A stretch of DNA of 64,000 nt from an uncultured Nitrospiraceae bacterium (GCA_963706325.1 CAVPLT010000005.1:96001-160000), one strand, 5' to 3'; positions 42,075 through 53,724 are shown, counted from the first letter of the stretch. The notes: generated from the sequence alone by a model not told the origin. Translations and numbers: made by a program.

Positions 42075-43601
42075 GTGAGTGGTCCAGCCTCCCCACTGCA
42101 CATCACTACAGTATCTTTCACGGCTCAGGACCTGGCGTTGTTCAGTGCTGCCAGTCACGACCGGAACCCACTCCATATATCGGAGGAGTACGCCCGGGCC
42201 ACGCCCTATGGCGAACCCGTCGTGTTCGGGATTGTTGGGGCATTGGCTGCCCTCGGACAGCTCCCCCAGCAGGAGGAAAGAGTCCTACAGCGAGTCGAGC
42301 TCGAGTTCCGGAATCCACTCACCGTGGGAATGCCGTACCTTGTGAAAGTGGGCGAGCCGTCGACAGACCGGGCGTCCGTCAGACTCTATGATGCGGCTCG
42401 TTTGATGCTCAAAGCGACCTTCAGGTTTCTGCCTGGACCTAAGCAGGCGCGAGCGCACTCCATTAAAGAGGCGCCTGGTCCTACGGAGGCGGAGGACCGG
42501 CAGCGCGGGAGCTTTCGCGTAGGCGACTGCGTGAGAGGTATCTATGGTCCCGTTACCCGTCCGTTCCTGCAAGTGATTGAACGCTGGGGGCTTACTTCCA
42601 AGGGAGCGACCGCGATGCAGATCGCGGCAATGATGTGGGCAAGTTTTATGGTCGGAATGAAATTGCCCGGAAAACGCGCGATGTTTTGGCGATTGATGCT
42701 CGATTTCCATCCTGAAGATGGAAACCAGAAGGAACCGTTTTCATACGAGCTGACCGTTCAGGACTTCGACGAACGAGTCGATCTGCTTCATACCCTAGGC
42801 AGTCTTTCCTTAGGCGGCAGGATCTGCGCGGCGGCGCAGATGTGGGCCTTTGTGCGGCAGGATTCTCCCACACCGTCACTCCGTCAGATCACAAATCTTG
42901 CGCCACCTTCCGACCAGTTGAAAGGTAAGGTGGCATTGGTCATCGGTGGTAGTCGCGGCCTCGGTGCTGCGATCACCCAGGCATTGGCTTCGCAGGGGTG
43001 CACAGTCCTGGTGAACTATCATCAAAGCAATGCGGAGGCTGAGCACATTCGGACAAGTCTTGGAGACCAATCCCGCCTGATTAAGTTGGTGCAGGGGGAT
43101 GCTGCGGATGTTGAATGGTGCGAGGCCATGCGTCAGAATGTCCTTGCGCAGTACGGCGGTCTTGATGTGCTGGTGTGCAACGCCGCACCACCTATTCGCC
43201 CGCTGACGTTTGCGCCGGAGAAGCTCGCGCAGTTTCAGGACTTCATCGCGCGCAGTGTGGCGCTGGTCGGTTTACCCATGTCCAGTTTCCTGGATACGTT
43301 ATCTGAGCGTTCGGGGTGGAATGTGGTGATCTCATCGGCATTCGTGAAAGATCCCCCCGCAGATTGGCCGCACTACGTGACGGCCAAATGCGCCGTCGAG
43401 GGACTGGTGCACTGGGCCTCCGCTCAGCATCCGAAAGTGCGCAGTCTGATCGTCCGGCCGCCGAAGTTGCTGACGGATCAAACCAACACGACTTTCGGTC
43501 GGCAAGGGGCCATGCGGGTTGAGCAGGTGGCCACGGCGGTAGTCGGACAGCTCTGTCGCCCCGGGTTTCCCCAGACCGTGCAGGTACTGGACAGATTCTA
43601 A
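42075..43601 (+). CDS. MaoC-like dehydratase fused to an SDR ketoreductase
   Basis: FSAASHDRNPLH hotdog motif; GGSRGLG and YVTAK SDR motifs. Confidence 0.88.
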   Translation: MSGPASPLHITTVSFTAQDLALFSAASHDRNPLHISEEYARATPYGEPVVFGIVGALAALGQLPQQEERVLQRVELEFRNPLTVGMPYLVKVGEPSTDRASVRLYDAARLMLKATFRFLPGPKQARAHSIKEAPGPTEAEDRQRGSFRVGDCVRGIYGPVTRPFLQVIERWGLTSKGATAMQIAAMMWASFMVGMKLPGKRAMFWRLMLDFHPEDGNQKEPFSYELTVQDFDERVDLLHTLGSLSLGGRICAAAQMWAFVRQDSPTPSLRQITNLAPPSDQLKGKVALVIGGSRGLGAAITQALASQGCTVLVNYHQSNAEAEHIRTSLGDQSRLIKLVQGDAADVEWCEAMRQNVLAQYGGLDVLVCNAAPPIRPLTFAPEKLAQFQDFIARSVALVGLPMSSFLDTLSERSGWNVVISSAFVKDPPADWPHYVTAKCAVEGLVHWASAQHPKVRSLIVRPPKLLTDQTNTTFGRQGAMRVEQVATAVVGQLCRPGFPQTVQVLDRF

Positions 43602-43696
43602 GCGCGAAGCAGGCGCGGTCCCGCTGTGCATAAGGCGATCGCTGACAATTGATACGGAACGGATCGCAGGACGCGATCGAAACTTGGGAGTAGACA

Positions 43697-43933
43697 ATGG
43701 AGTTGCACGACCGACTGGAAGAAGTATTCCGGCAAGTGTTCGATAATGAGGATCTTCTCCTGGCCGATGAGATGAAGGCGACGGATATTGAAGGATGGGA
43801 TTCGGTCACTCATATCAATTTGATGTTTGGCATCGAGCAGGCGTTCGGCGTCCGGTTCAAGGGTAACGAGCTTGCAGACATGAAAAATATCGGGGAGCTC
43901 AAACAGTTTCTGACCACGAAAAGTGGCCGGTAG
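43697..43933 (+). CDS. Acyl carrier protein
   Basis: 78 aa, acidic, GWDSV phosphopantetheine site. Confidence 0.93.
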   Translation: MELHDRLEEVFRQVFDNEDLLLADEMKATDIEGWDSVTHINLMFGIEQAFGVRFKGNELADMKNIGELKQFLTTKSGR

Positions 43934-44153
43934 GCCGTTGAAGCGCTGCAGATCTTCCTGGTGCTAGAATCCTTCGGGTCTATTACTGCTGCAACCCCGT
44001 CGCTGGCGTGATCGAGGGTTCAGGTTGCACTCTTAGGCAAGGTGATCTCAGACTGGAATCTGGTGGCTGTGGGACCCGCAGCGTCATCACCATCTACCGT
44101 TGGATGGGTGATGCTTCGGGAGTATGAAATGTACCTTCGCGGATCTAATTTAA

Positions 44154-45425
44154 ATGGGTGACCTCGCGGTTCAAGTCGACAGATTAGCGAAGCGTTATCG
44201 CCTGGGGGCGACCCATGCCCACGACGGGTCCCTGGCCGGCGCGTTGACTCGGGGGGTACGCAATATGCTGGGCCGGCGGGCAGGGCCGTCCCCCGTCAGC
44301 GACGTCCTGTGGGCGCTCCGCGACGTGTCCTTCGAGATCAAAAAAGGCGAAGTCTTTGGGATCATCGGCACGAATGGGTCGGGAAAAAGTACGCTCCTCA
44401 AGATCCTCTCCCGGGTGACGGAGCCCACGCAGGGCCGGGCGGTGATCAATGGACGCTTCTGCGGTCTGCTGGAAGTGGGGACGGGCTTCCATCCGGAATT
44501 GACCGGCCGCGATAACGTGTACATGAGCGGGGCCATTCTCGGCATGAAGCGCCAGGAAATAGCCCGAAAGTTCGACGAAATCGTGGCGTTCGCCGAAGTG
44601 GAGCAGTTTATCGACACGCCGGTGAAGCATTATTCCAGCGGGATGTATGTCCGATTGGGATTCTCGGTCTTGGCCCACATGGACCCGGACATTCTCATTG
44701 TCGATGAGGTGCTGGCCGTGGGGGATGTCCGCTTCCAGAAAAAGTGCATGGGCAAGATGGAGGACGTGGGGCAGCAGGGGCGGACGGTGATCTTGGTGTC
44801 GCACGACATGCCGGCCATCACTCGGATGTGCAAACGCGCAATGCTCCTGAATAAGGGCCAAGTCGTGCAGGAAGGGTCGGCGCATGAGGTCGTCAATCAC
44901 TACCTCCATGCCGGCCACCTCAAACCCGATAAAGAGTGGCAGGACCCTGCTCAGGCGCCGGGGAACGAGGTGGTGCGCATGCGGGCCGCACGGGTGCAGA
45001 CCGTGTCGGGCATGGTCATGGATCGATTTGATATCCGAAAACCGATCGACCTCGAAGTGGAATTTGATGTGGTGAAGCCGGGGCATGTCTTCGTGCCGGT
45101 CTTCAACCTGTATAATGAGGAGGACGCCGTTATCTTCATCGCCCATGACCGCGATAAGTTATGGCAGCGAACCCCTCGTCCCGTCGGTCGATATGTGTCG
45201 ACCGCTCGAATTCCTGGGAACTTTCTTTCCGAAGGGGTCATTACCGTCTCGCCGATCATGCTGACGGAGGATCCTTTTCGGCTGCATGCCCATGCCCCTC
45301 GTGTGCTGGGCTTTCGAGTGGATGATACGGGGACCGGGGACTCGGCTCGAGGAGACTTTCATGGTCGATGGCCAGGATTCGTGCGCCCGCTACTGGAATG
45401 GAAGACTCGATTTACGCCAGCCTAG
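44154..45425 (+). CDS. wzt: Wzt-like polysaccharide ABC exporter ATPase with C-terminal carbohydrate-binding domain
   Basis: WALRDVSF, GTNGSGKST, GTGFHPELTGRDN, YSSGMYVRL, DEVLAVGD. Confidence 0.9.
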   Translation: MGDLAVQVDRLAKRYRLGATHAHDGSLAGALTRGVRNMLGRRAGPSPVSDVLWALRDVSFEIKKGEVFGIIGTNGSGKSTLLKILSRVTEPTQGRAVINGRFCGLLEVGTGFHPELTGRDNVYMSGAILGMKRQEIARKFDEIVAFAEVEQFIDTPVKHYSSGMYVRLGFSVLAHMDPDILIVDEVLAVGDVRFQKKCMGKMEDVGQQGRTVILVSHDMPAITRMCKRAMLLNKGQVVQEGSAHEVVNHYLHAGHLKPDKEWQDPAQAPGNEVVRMRAARVQTVSGMVMDRFDIRKPIDLEVEFDVVKPGHVFVPVFNLYNEEDAVIFIAHDRDKLWQRTPRPVGRYVSTARIPGNFLSEGVITVSPIMLTEDPFRLHAHAPRVLGFRVDDTGTGDSARGDFHGRWPGFVRPLLEWKTRFTPA

Positions 45426-45605
45426 CACAGCGGCAGAATGGTATCGCATCATCATATAGATCACTTCCCTCAAGCAAGTTGCTTCACATTGACATGACGT
45501 CCTGATTCTGGCTACGGTCCGACCGTTAGGACATTTTGCGCCGCGAAGAATCAGGGCGGGACGCCCTCATTCGACGCGATCGCAGGGAAATTCTCGTAAG
45601 GCGCC

Positions 45606-45995
45606 ATGAATGCCAAGATACTTGGGGCAGGGTTGTTGCTTGCGCTCTTGAACGGATGCACGACTGTCGCACAAGTGACGACATTGGCGGAGGAATCCTG
45701 TCATCGCGCGATGCAGGATCAGCTGGAATCGATTCTCACTGAGGAGCACGAACCACCAGAGATGGCGAATCGTTTGGCCGTAAATACGACCACGGTACTG
45801 GCCACCGGTGCGCTTGGACCTCGCCCCTTTGGAGTCTCGTCGCCGTCGGGTGCCGACTACAGTTTTTTTATCCAGCGCAAGGGCGACGAATGTCTGTTGC
45901 GACTGTACGGGCGGCAGAAGGGTTTTACTCGCTACACGAATAACTTGACCTATATTGCCACGCGATCGCTGGAGGCTTGTGCCTGCGCCGAGTAG
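45606..45995 (+). CDS. Putative lipoprotein
   Basis: Lipobox LNGC; upstream TTGACA (45489) and TACGGT. Confidence 0.72.
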   Translation: MNAKILGAGLLLALLNGCTTVAQVTTLAEESCHRAMQDQLESILTEEHEPPEMANRLAVNTTTVLATGALGPRPFGVSSPSGADYSFFIQRKGDECLLRLYGRQKGFTRYTNNLTYIATRSLEACACAE

Positions 45996-46284
45996 CCGGT
46001 TGCACCGTCAGGCGCTTGTAACGGCCGTCCAATGCTATCTTTTTCCACTCGGGGAGAGTCAACCCAGCATAGTGCAGCGTCTGGTCCTGCTTTCTGAGGA
46101 GTGCCCTTCCATTGAGCCTTGCCGGGGCACCGGATACCTAGCATAGCGAGACGAGCGCATGAAGCGGGGCGTTGTGATAGGTTTGCGAGGAAGGGCTGAC
46201 GTCAGCCTGTGTGGGGTAAGGGCTTCGGACAAGGACGGTGCGCTTGATCAGTTGCGCAAGGGGCACCCAAGGGGCAAATCTGTG

Positions 46285-46521
46285 TTAGAGCCCAGGGATG
46301 GGATGAGGTAGGTCCTTGGTGCCCAAGGTCTGGCGCCACTCTCCCACGATCTGGTCCCGTTCTTCCATGCTCATGCCTGCGTACTTACGGAACATCTGTG
46401 GTCCTCGTCGGCGCCGCCACGTGAGAAAGCCGAGAAAGTGGTCTTTGCAGACGGAACGGGTTCCGGCCGGGGCGTAGACGTGCGCCTGACATCCTTCGAT
46501 GATACAAACCTGTCCGCTCAT
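46285..46521 (-). CDS. Small hypothetical protein with C-x4-C..C-x2-H motif
   Basis: MSGQVCIIEGC..SVCKDHF; GGAGG SD upstream. Confidence 0.7.
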   Translation of the reverse strand: MSGQVCIIEGCQAHVYAPAGTRSVCKDHFLGFLTWRRRRGPQMFRKYAGMSMEERDQIVGEWRQTLGTKDLPHPIPGL

Positions 46522-46752
46522 CGGTGCCTCCCTTAATTCCCGCAAAGTATGCCGGAGATCGACCCGCAATTGCAATTCGCTCCGGCGGCGCCGCTTCCAC
46601 ATCCGACAGTGAAGCAGGCGGAGGAAGCAGGTGCCATCGGCGGTGGCTGCACGATCGGTAGTCTCTTGCGGAGGGATATTCCCCTTGCAATCGTGACAAG
46701 CAGCCAGGTACCGTACCGCGATCTCTTGCAGAGTTTAGAACTCGGGTATGCT

Positions 46753-46998
46753 ATGACAATGCAGGTCATATCGGTGGTCGGAGCGCTCATGGTGCTTTTC
46801 GCCTATGGCCTGATCCAAGCCGGAACCTGGCGTGAATTAGATGCAGGATACCTGGCGCTGAATATTGTTGGGTCGCTGCTTTTGGGAATCGTCGCTTTAG
46901 AGGATCGGCGGGTGGGGTTCGTGCTGCTGGAATTCGCATGGGCCGGGATTGCGATGGTCGGAGTCGCCCGAGCGGTTCGTGCCAGACGCGGCCTCTAG
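46753..46998 (+). CDS. CBU_0592-like small membrane protein
   Basis: GALMVLFAY, YLALNIVGSLLL, FVLLEFAW. Confidence 0.75.
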   Translation: MTMQVISVVGALMVLFAYGLIQAGTWRELDAGYLALNIVGSLLLGIVALEDRRVGFVLLEFAWAGIAMVGVARAVRARRGL

Positions 46999-47060
46999 CC
47001 AAGTGAGATGTGCGGGATGTACGACAGACATCGACTAGTCATGTAACGAAGGAGCAAGGA

Positions 47061-47546
47061 ATGATGGCAGGGTTATTGTCGGCAGATGAAATATTCGAGC
47101 AGGCCAAGAATGCGGCCGCCGCAGCGACCAATCAGGACGAGAAGGCGCTTCAGATCGACTATGATGCGTTACAGCTCAAGTTCCGGGCGGCCCTCGGCGA
47201 TCGCAAGGTGGCGCGATGCCACATCAATAAATTTCTTCCAGAAGGGTATGAGGATCAAGGGCGGTTCAACTTGGTGCTGCTGACCGCCGGGAACGTGATT
47301 TTCGATATCGTCATCGGAGATTCATATTTTCGGTATGATGTCGTGTCCGTCGGGCATTTGGACAAGGTTCAGGTCATCGATGCCATGTGGGACAATCGTG
47401 AGAAGCGCCAGGAGGAGCCGTTCTTGAGTCTTCGACTTATGCACGCCGAGGAGACGCATTTGCTGCTCGCGTTGGATGACGAAGCACGGAAGAGCCTGCT
47501 GGGATTTGCATCAGCCGTGTCGGCCGTGCGAAATCCTGAAAAGTAG
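47061..47546 (+). CDS. Hypothetical protein
   Basis: Clean ORF, AAGGAG SD, protein-like composition. Confidence 0.72.
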   Translation: MMAGLLSADEIFEQAKNAAAAATNQDEKALQIDYDALQLKFRAALGDRKVARCHINKFLPEGYEDQGRFNLVLLTAGNVIFDIVIGDSYFRYDVVSVGHLDKVQVIDAMWDNREKRQEEPFLSLRLMHAEETHLLLALDDEARKSLLGFASAVSAVRNPEK

Positions 47547-47602
47547 ATGACCTTTGCCATCTCGAAAACCGGGGGCGCGCGGTGTTAGTGACTGGGAACC
47601 TC

Positions 47603-47887
47603 GCAGGATGCTCAAAGTGGCCGTTCAGCAAGGCCGCAGCGAGGTCCGCGGCGCGAAGAATAATGAGCGCCATGTTTGTGGACGCCGGCGAGCCGGCAGT
47701 GACTGAGGGCCGAAGCGTCACGTTCTTACCCGCCCACCCCGTGCTTGCAGGGACAGGTGGATTGTCCCATGCGGGGTACGTTGAGGCGCTGAGGTTCACG
47801 ACGCGCTGAATATGCTGCGTCACGTTTGTGAACGCCGCAGAGATAGTGAGGCGGTAGTGTCTCGCGAGAACGCCACTGGCGGGCGTT
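47603..47887 (+). repeat. Dispersed intergenic repeat, expanded copy
   Basis: Blocks AAGGCCGCAGCGAG, GGTACGTTGAG, GCGAGAACG shared with copies at 50843 and 60906; internal ~41-bp direct repeat at 47647 and 47797. Confidence 0.72.
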
Positions 47888-48979
47888 CTAAGAGCGAACG
47901 TAGAACGGAAGCGTATGGACGGTTGCCGGGTGGCGCGTCCCAGCCACTTCCACCGTGAGTGCCGTATCAGGAGTAGAAAAGTCGCGCAGTGGAAATCCGA
48001 GGGCCAGGACGGCGTTCCGCTGCGGCGAGAAGACCGCGCTGCTCACCCATCCCACCTCCCGGTCGCCACTAAACAGTTTTGAACCTTTGGGCGGGACCGT
48101 CTTATCCTTGAGGACCAGGCCCACGAGGCGCCGGCGGACGTTGCCGTAGGTATCCATCCGTGCCACCACTTCCTGTCCCGGGTAACAACCTTTCGAGAGG
48201 CTGAAGGCCTTTCCTTCCAAATTGGCTTCCGGCGGCACGATCTCTTCGTTCAAGTCGGCGCCTGCCTTGGGTAAGCCGGCTTCGATCCGTAGGGCTTCAC
48301 GCGCCTGCGCTCCAACGGGCTTCATGCCCAAAGGGGCGCCAGCCGTCATGAGCTGCTCCCAGGCTGTCGCAATCGCAGTGACTGGTAGGAGCACTTCATA
48401 ATCCGCTTCACCCGTTTCTTCTGTGCGGAGGATCAGCGCGGGATCCCCGCCGATGGTGACGGAGAGGGTGTGCAACAGGTCAAGGGTGTGGACGTCGCTG
48501 TCGAACGCCGCCGTCACCGCCTCTGCGGATTTCGGTCCGCTCACCAGCAGCAGTCCCCAGCTCTCGGCGCAATTCTCCAACTTGGCCTTGGTGCCGTACA
48601 GGAGAAATTTTCGCAGCGCTTGAAACGTGGCATCACCCACCTCGCCCACATCTTCGATCCATACAGCTTCAGGTTGGACGTAGACCCGGAAATAGCCGAG
48701 CATTTTCCCCTTATGGGTGAGGAAGCTGGAGTAGCGACCCTGACCTGCTTGGAGAGGAAGGAGGTCGTTGCTGATGATGCTCTGCAGCCACTTGATGCGA
48801 TCATCGCCGGTCACCCGGCACTTGCCCCGATGAGACAGGTCTGACAGGCCGACGGCCCCGCGGACGGCCGCATGCTCCGCTACGACATTGCCATACTGTA
48901 CTGGAATGGCCGAGCCAGCCACGTCATCGAACGTGGCGCCGAGTTGAAGATGCTGGTTGTGGAGGGGAGATTGTTTCAT
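47888..48979 (-). CDS. ygfZ: YgfZ/GcvT-family folate-binding protein
   Basis: KGCYPGQE signature, LRIEAG. Confidence 0.88.
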   Translation of the reverse strand: MKQSPLHNQHLQLGATFDDVAGSAIPVQYGNVVAEHAAVRGAVGLSDLSHRGKCRVTGDDRIKWLQSIISNDLLPLQAGQGRYSSFLTHKGKMLGYFRVYVQPEAVWIEDVGEVGDATFQALRKFLLYGTKAKLENCAESWGLLLVSGPKSAEAVTAAFDSDVHTLDLLHTLSVTIGGDPALILRTEETGEADYEVLLPVTAIATAWEQLMTAGAPLGMKPVGAQAREALRIEAGLPKAGADLNEEIVPPEANLEGKAFSLSKGCYPGQEVVARMDTYGNVRRRLVGLVLKDKTVPPKGSKLFSGDREVGWVSSAVFSPQRNAVLALGFPLRDFSTPDTALTVEVAGTRHPATVHTLPFYVRS

Positions 48980-49012
48980 ACTGTGATGCGTACTCTCTCT
49001 GGTGCTCAGCCC

Positions 49013-49399
49013 TCACGGTTGAACGGACGGCTGATGGTGAATAAGTTCCTCAACGAGGTCCTTGGTGCGCGATGAAAACTCGTTCCGGGATACCACCTTC
49101 GTCACGCCGAGCTCCTTCGCCCGTCTCCACGTGTCCACTTCTTCGTGATTGGCGAAGGCGAGGATGGGGAACGAGCGCAGAGCCGGATTGGCCTGAAGGG
49201 CTTCCAAGGCTTTGAAGGCATCCACTCCCAAATCGTTCATATTGATGATCATGGCAGCGGGATTGGACGAAGCCGCTTTTTGCGCCACTTCGTCTTGGCT
49301 GCGGATTCGTTCCAACGTGTAGCCTTGTGGACGCAACGCGTCACGCACCTTCGTGTAGAAGAAGATGTCGGTGACGGCCACTAGGATGGTGCTATTCAT
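49013..49399 (-). CDS. Atypical receiver-like protein
   Basis: ILVAVTD, MIINMN (Asn at the acceptor position), PILAF, VVSR. Confidence 0.65.
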   Translation of the reverse strand: MNSTILVAVTDIFFYTKVRDALRPQGYTLERIRSQDEVAQKAASSNPAAMIINMNDLGVDAFKALEALQANPALRSFPILAFANHEEVDTWRRAKELGVTKVVSRNEFSSRTKDLVEELIHHQPSVQP

Positions 49400-49411
49400 C
49401 GTGTCTATCGG

Positions 49412-49927
49412 TCAATTCAGTGAGCTGATGAGCCGCCCCAGGGCTTTCTTCGCCAACGCATAGTCCGGATTGAGGGCGAGGGCTTGTTTATAGCAGTCGA
49501 TGGCCTCGCTCCACTTGCCTTGGCGTTCATACACGCGGCCGAGGTTCAAATGGGGGAACGCCGGACTTTCGTACCGTCTGGCCTGCATGGCTTTTTGAAA
49601 CCAGGGAATGGCTTCGTCCAAATCGCCCTTCTCGATCAGATAGGCGCCGATGTCGTTGTAGGGGTTGCCAAAGTCGGGATCGCAGGAGATCGCCTTGTGA
49701 CATTCATCGATCGCCTCGTCTAGCTTGCCCATGAAGCTATAGGTCCATCCGAGAAAGGTATAGGCTTCCGCTGTCTGGTGTGTCGCCAATGAAAGCTTGT
49801 AGAGGTTGACGGCTTCCTCCAGCTGACCTTTCATTTGTTGCTCGTAGGCTTGCTGGAAAATCTGCCAGGCTTCGCGCTTGTCTTCCTCGCTGCCGTCGCC
49901 CTGTATGAGAAAATCTTGCACATCCAT
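49412..49927 (-). CDS. TPR protein
   Basis: About four TPR units (AEAYTFLG, PYNDIG, PHLNLG). Confidence 0.9.
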   Translation of the reverse strand: MDVQDFLIQGDGSEEDKREAWQIFQQAYEQQMKGQLEEAVNLYKLSLATHQTAEAYTFLGWTYSFMGKLDEAIDECHKAISCDPDFGNPYNDIGAYLIEKGDLDEAIPWFQKAMQARRYESPAFPHLNLGRVYERQGKWSEAIDCYKQALALNPDYALAKKALGRLISSLN

Positions 49928-50023
49928 GGTCGCGTACGTCCTATCTGTCGACTGCCTTCCTCCAGCGCTCGCAGCGATGAAAAGTGTGCTCCGCGCGTTG
50001 CGGGAGCAGACCGTTCGTCTCCG

Positions 50024-50824
50024 CTACTTCTGCTGCAACCTCTTCTGAATCAATTCCGCCCCATAACGGCCCGATAGCAGCATCGAACCGAAGGCCGGGC
50101 CCATCCGTGGCGTACCGAACACCGCCGCGACGGCCAATCCGATGACGAAACAATTGGGAGAGACTTCGCCGGTCCGATCCATGACCTCTTCTTCCGACCG
50201 CGACACCCACATGGCGCCGTTGCCCGGCACCTGTGAATACAGCCCGCGTTTGTGCAGGAGATTGACCACCACTGCATCATGTCCGGTCGCGTCGACGACG
50301 AGTTTACTCTCCAGGGCGATCGGATCGACATGGATAATGTCATGGCCGGCCATTTCAGCGGTGGTGCTGTTGACCACGACACCTTCGAGCACGCCCTCCC
50401 CGCGCAGGATCAAATCGACCACTCGCGTCAGGTTCATGATCTTCGCGCCGGCATCGTAGGCGGCGGCAATCAGCGCGCCTGTGGCATGCGGAGGGTCGAC
50501 CATATACATGCCGGGGCATTCCTTGATCTGCTTACAAGGTACGCCCACCTCTTTGAGGATTTTGTGGGCTGGGGCGCAGATCGTCGCTTTATTCATCAAA
50601 TAGCCGCCGGACCAAAACCCACCCCCCAGCGCGAGGCTCTGCTCCACGATGAGGGTCTTGACGCCCATCCTGGCCAGGTCGTGAGCGCAGATCAAGCCGG
50701 AAGGTCCGGCGCCGACGATAATGACGTCGCTCTCGATGAGTTGATCGAACTCTTTATAATATTCCCGCGCGATGTGGCGGGTCACGTCGCGCTCTCGTAG
50801 TGGCGCCGGTTTTGGCTTCCCCAT
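50024..50824 (-). CDS. thi4: Thi4-type (sulfide-dependent) thiazole synthase
   Basis: DVIIVGAGPSGL, GGGFWSGG, HVDP, DATGHD, PRMGP.FGSMLLSG; start moved to ATG 50824. Confidence 0.93.
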   Translation of the reverse strand: MGKPKPAPLRERDVTRHIAREYYKEFDQLIESDVIIVGAGPSGLICAHDLARMGVKTLIVEQSLALGGGFWSGGYLMNKATICAPAHKILKEVGVPCKQIKECPGMYMVDPPHATGALIAAAYDAGAKIMNLTRVVDLILRGEGVLEGVVVNSTTAEMAGHDIIHVDPIALESKLVVDATGHDAVVVNLLHKRGLYSQVPGNGAMWVSRSEEEVMDRTGEVSPNCFVIGLAVAAVFGTPRMGPAFGSMLLSGRYGAELIQKRLQQK

Positions 50825-50842
50825 GCTGTCTTTCCCTTCACC

Positions 50843-50958
50843 GACCGTTGAAATGGCTTCCGACTTCGTTTTCGGCTCTTCCAAGTCCTCAACGTACCCT
50901 GATGTACGCCTCCGGTTTGGGCTCGCTTGTGGCCTCAACGGAGCCATTCTGACCAGCC

Positions 50959-50959
<1 letters not shown>
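50843..50959 (-). repeat. Dispersed palindromic intergenic repeat, copy between thiC and thi4
   Basis: Reverse strand GGCCACAAGCGAG, AGGCGTAC, GGTACGTTGAG, GAAAACGAAG; imperfect terminal inverted repeats. Confidence 0.7.
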
Positions 50960-52893
<1,934 letters not shown>

Positions 52894-52923
52894 TCATCGA
52901 AGGTGAGCGCTCGACGGCCAAAT

Positions 52924-52955
52924 AAAAAAAGCCGCATCCAGCTTGGGTGCGGCTT
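52924..52955 (-). terminator. Intrinsic terminator, riboswitch expression platform
   Basis: AAGCCGCACCCA-AGC-TGGATGCGGCTT followed by a T-run on the minus strand, between the aptamer and thiC. Confidence 0.85.
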
Positions 52956-52983
52956 GAAGCGATCACGAAGCCAGTGAACCGGT

Positions 52984-53068
52984 CGCTTCCCTACGCTGGT
53001 ATTACCCAGGTCAGGTTGTGAGGGTCGCCCGATCACTCGGACTCTCAGCCGGATGGCACCCCTAGCTG
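52984..53068 (-). ncRNA. TPP riboswitch
   Basis: Minus strand AGGGGTGCC..GGCTGAGA..ACCCT..AACCTGACCTGGGTAATACCAGCGTAGGGAAG, upstream of thiC. Confidence 0.96.
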
Positions 53069-53160
53069 TTAAGAGTGATCGTAACGACCCCTCATGGCGA
53101 AGTCAATCTTCCGGAAGGCCTAGTGGCTGGGGGGCTTCAGGGTAGCAAGTCCTGGTCGGT

Positions 53161-53724
53161 TCAGTCGCCGTCCTTGATGCCTGAACAGCTCGCTCCGAGC
53201 CAACGGCCCTTGATGTCAATGTGAACTGTGCCTGATCCTGAGCGCTCCATGTCGATGTTCGCCACGATCGTCTCGGGCGTTTGGGCTTCCATGGTCATGT
53301 GAGTGACGGAGGCGCGGGGTGGAGGGCACGAGCGTTCAATCACCAGTTTTCCTGCCGATTTTGAGAGCACTTTGGTTGCGCATTCAGACTGATCCTCGGC
53401 CTCCTCTCCCTTAATGATGCGGTTCTGATCCAGGTCTTCTTTGGTTACGCAGGACGTTATCGCACGGCTGCCGGCTTTGCCGGTTCGGGCTTGCATCGCT
53501 CGCTCGAAGTTGGCTCGTTGTTCAGGGGCCATCTTGGCCAGCACATCAGACGGCACGGGCATGCCGCTCGACAGGCCCGTATGGGTCATTTCCCAGGCGC
53601 CGGGCTTTGCGTTGAAGGAATCGGCCTGCGCGCCGGACTCCATACCTGGAAGAAGAGAGTTTAGTATCAGCCCAAACGTCGCTATGAAAATGAAGCCGCC
53701 AGGCATGGAAATCGTTCTGCTCAT
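53161..53724 (-). CDS. DUF3617-like exported protein
   Basis: Signal peptide, KPGAWEMT, SCVT, terminal GRWLGASC; AGGAGGAG SD. Confidence 0.78.
   Translation of the reverse strand: MSRTISMPGGFIFIATFGLILNSLLPGMESGAQADSFNAKPGAWEMTHTGLSSGMPVPSDVLAKMAPEQRANFERAMQARTGKAGSRAITSCVTKEDLDQNRIIKGEEAEDQSECATKVLSKSAGKLVIERSCPPPRASVTHMTMEAQTPETIVANIDMERSGSGTVHIDIKGRWLGASCSGIKDGD

Noticed and set aside
44085..44113. Hairpin CATCACC-ATC..GATG-GGTGATG upstream of wzt
   Set aside because: Single stem without a U-tract or known motif; no function can be supported.
44184..45146. 320-aa minus ORF and other long antisense ORFs (13603-14319, 60298-61032)
   Set aside because: Shadows of well-supported genes on the opposite strand in GC-rich DNA.
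47603..47887. Possible CRISPR array or T-box
   Set aside because: Only two degenerate internal units, no regular spacers, no cas genes and no T-box consensus.
50825..50947. N-terminal extension of thi4
   Set aside because: It is the dispersed repeat read in frame by chance.
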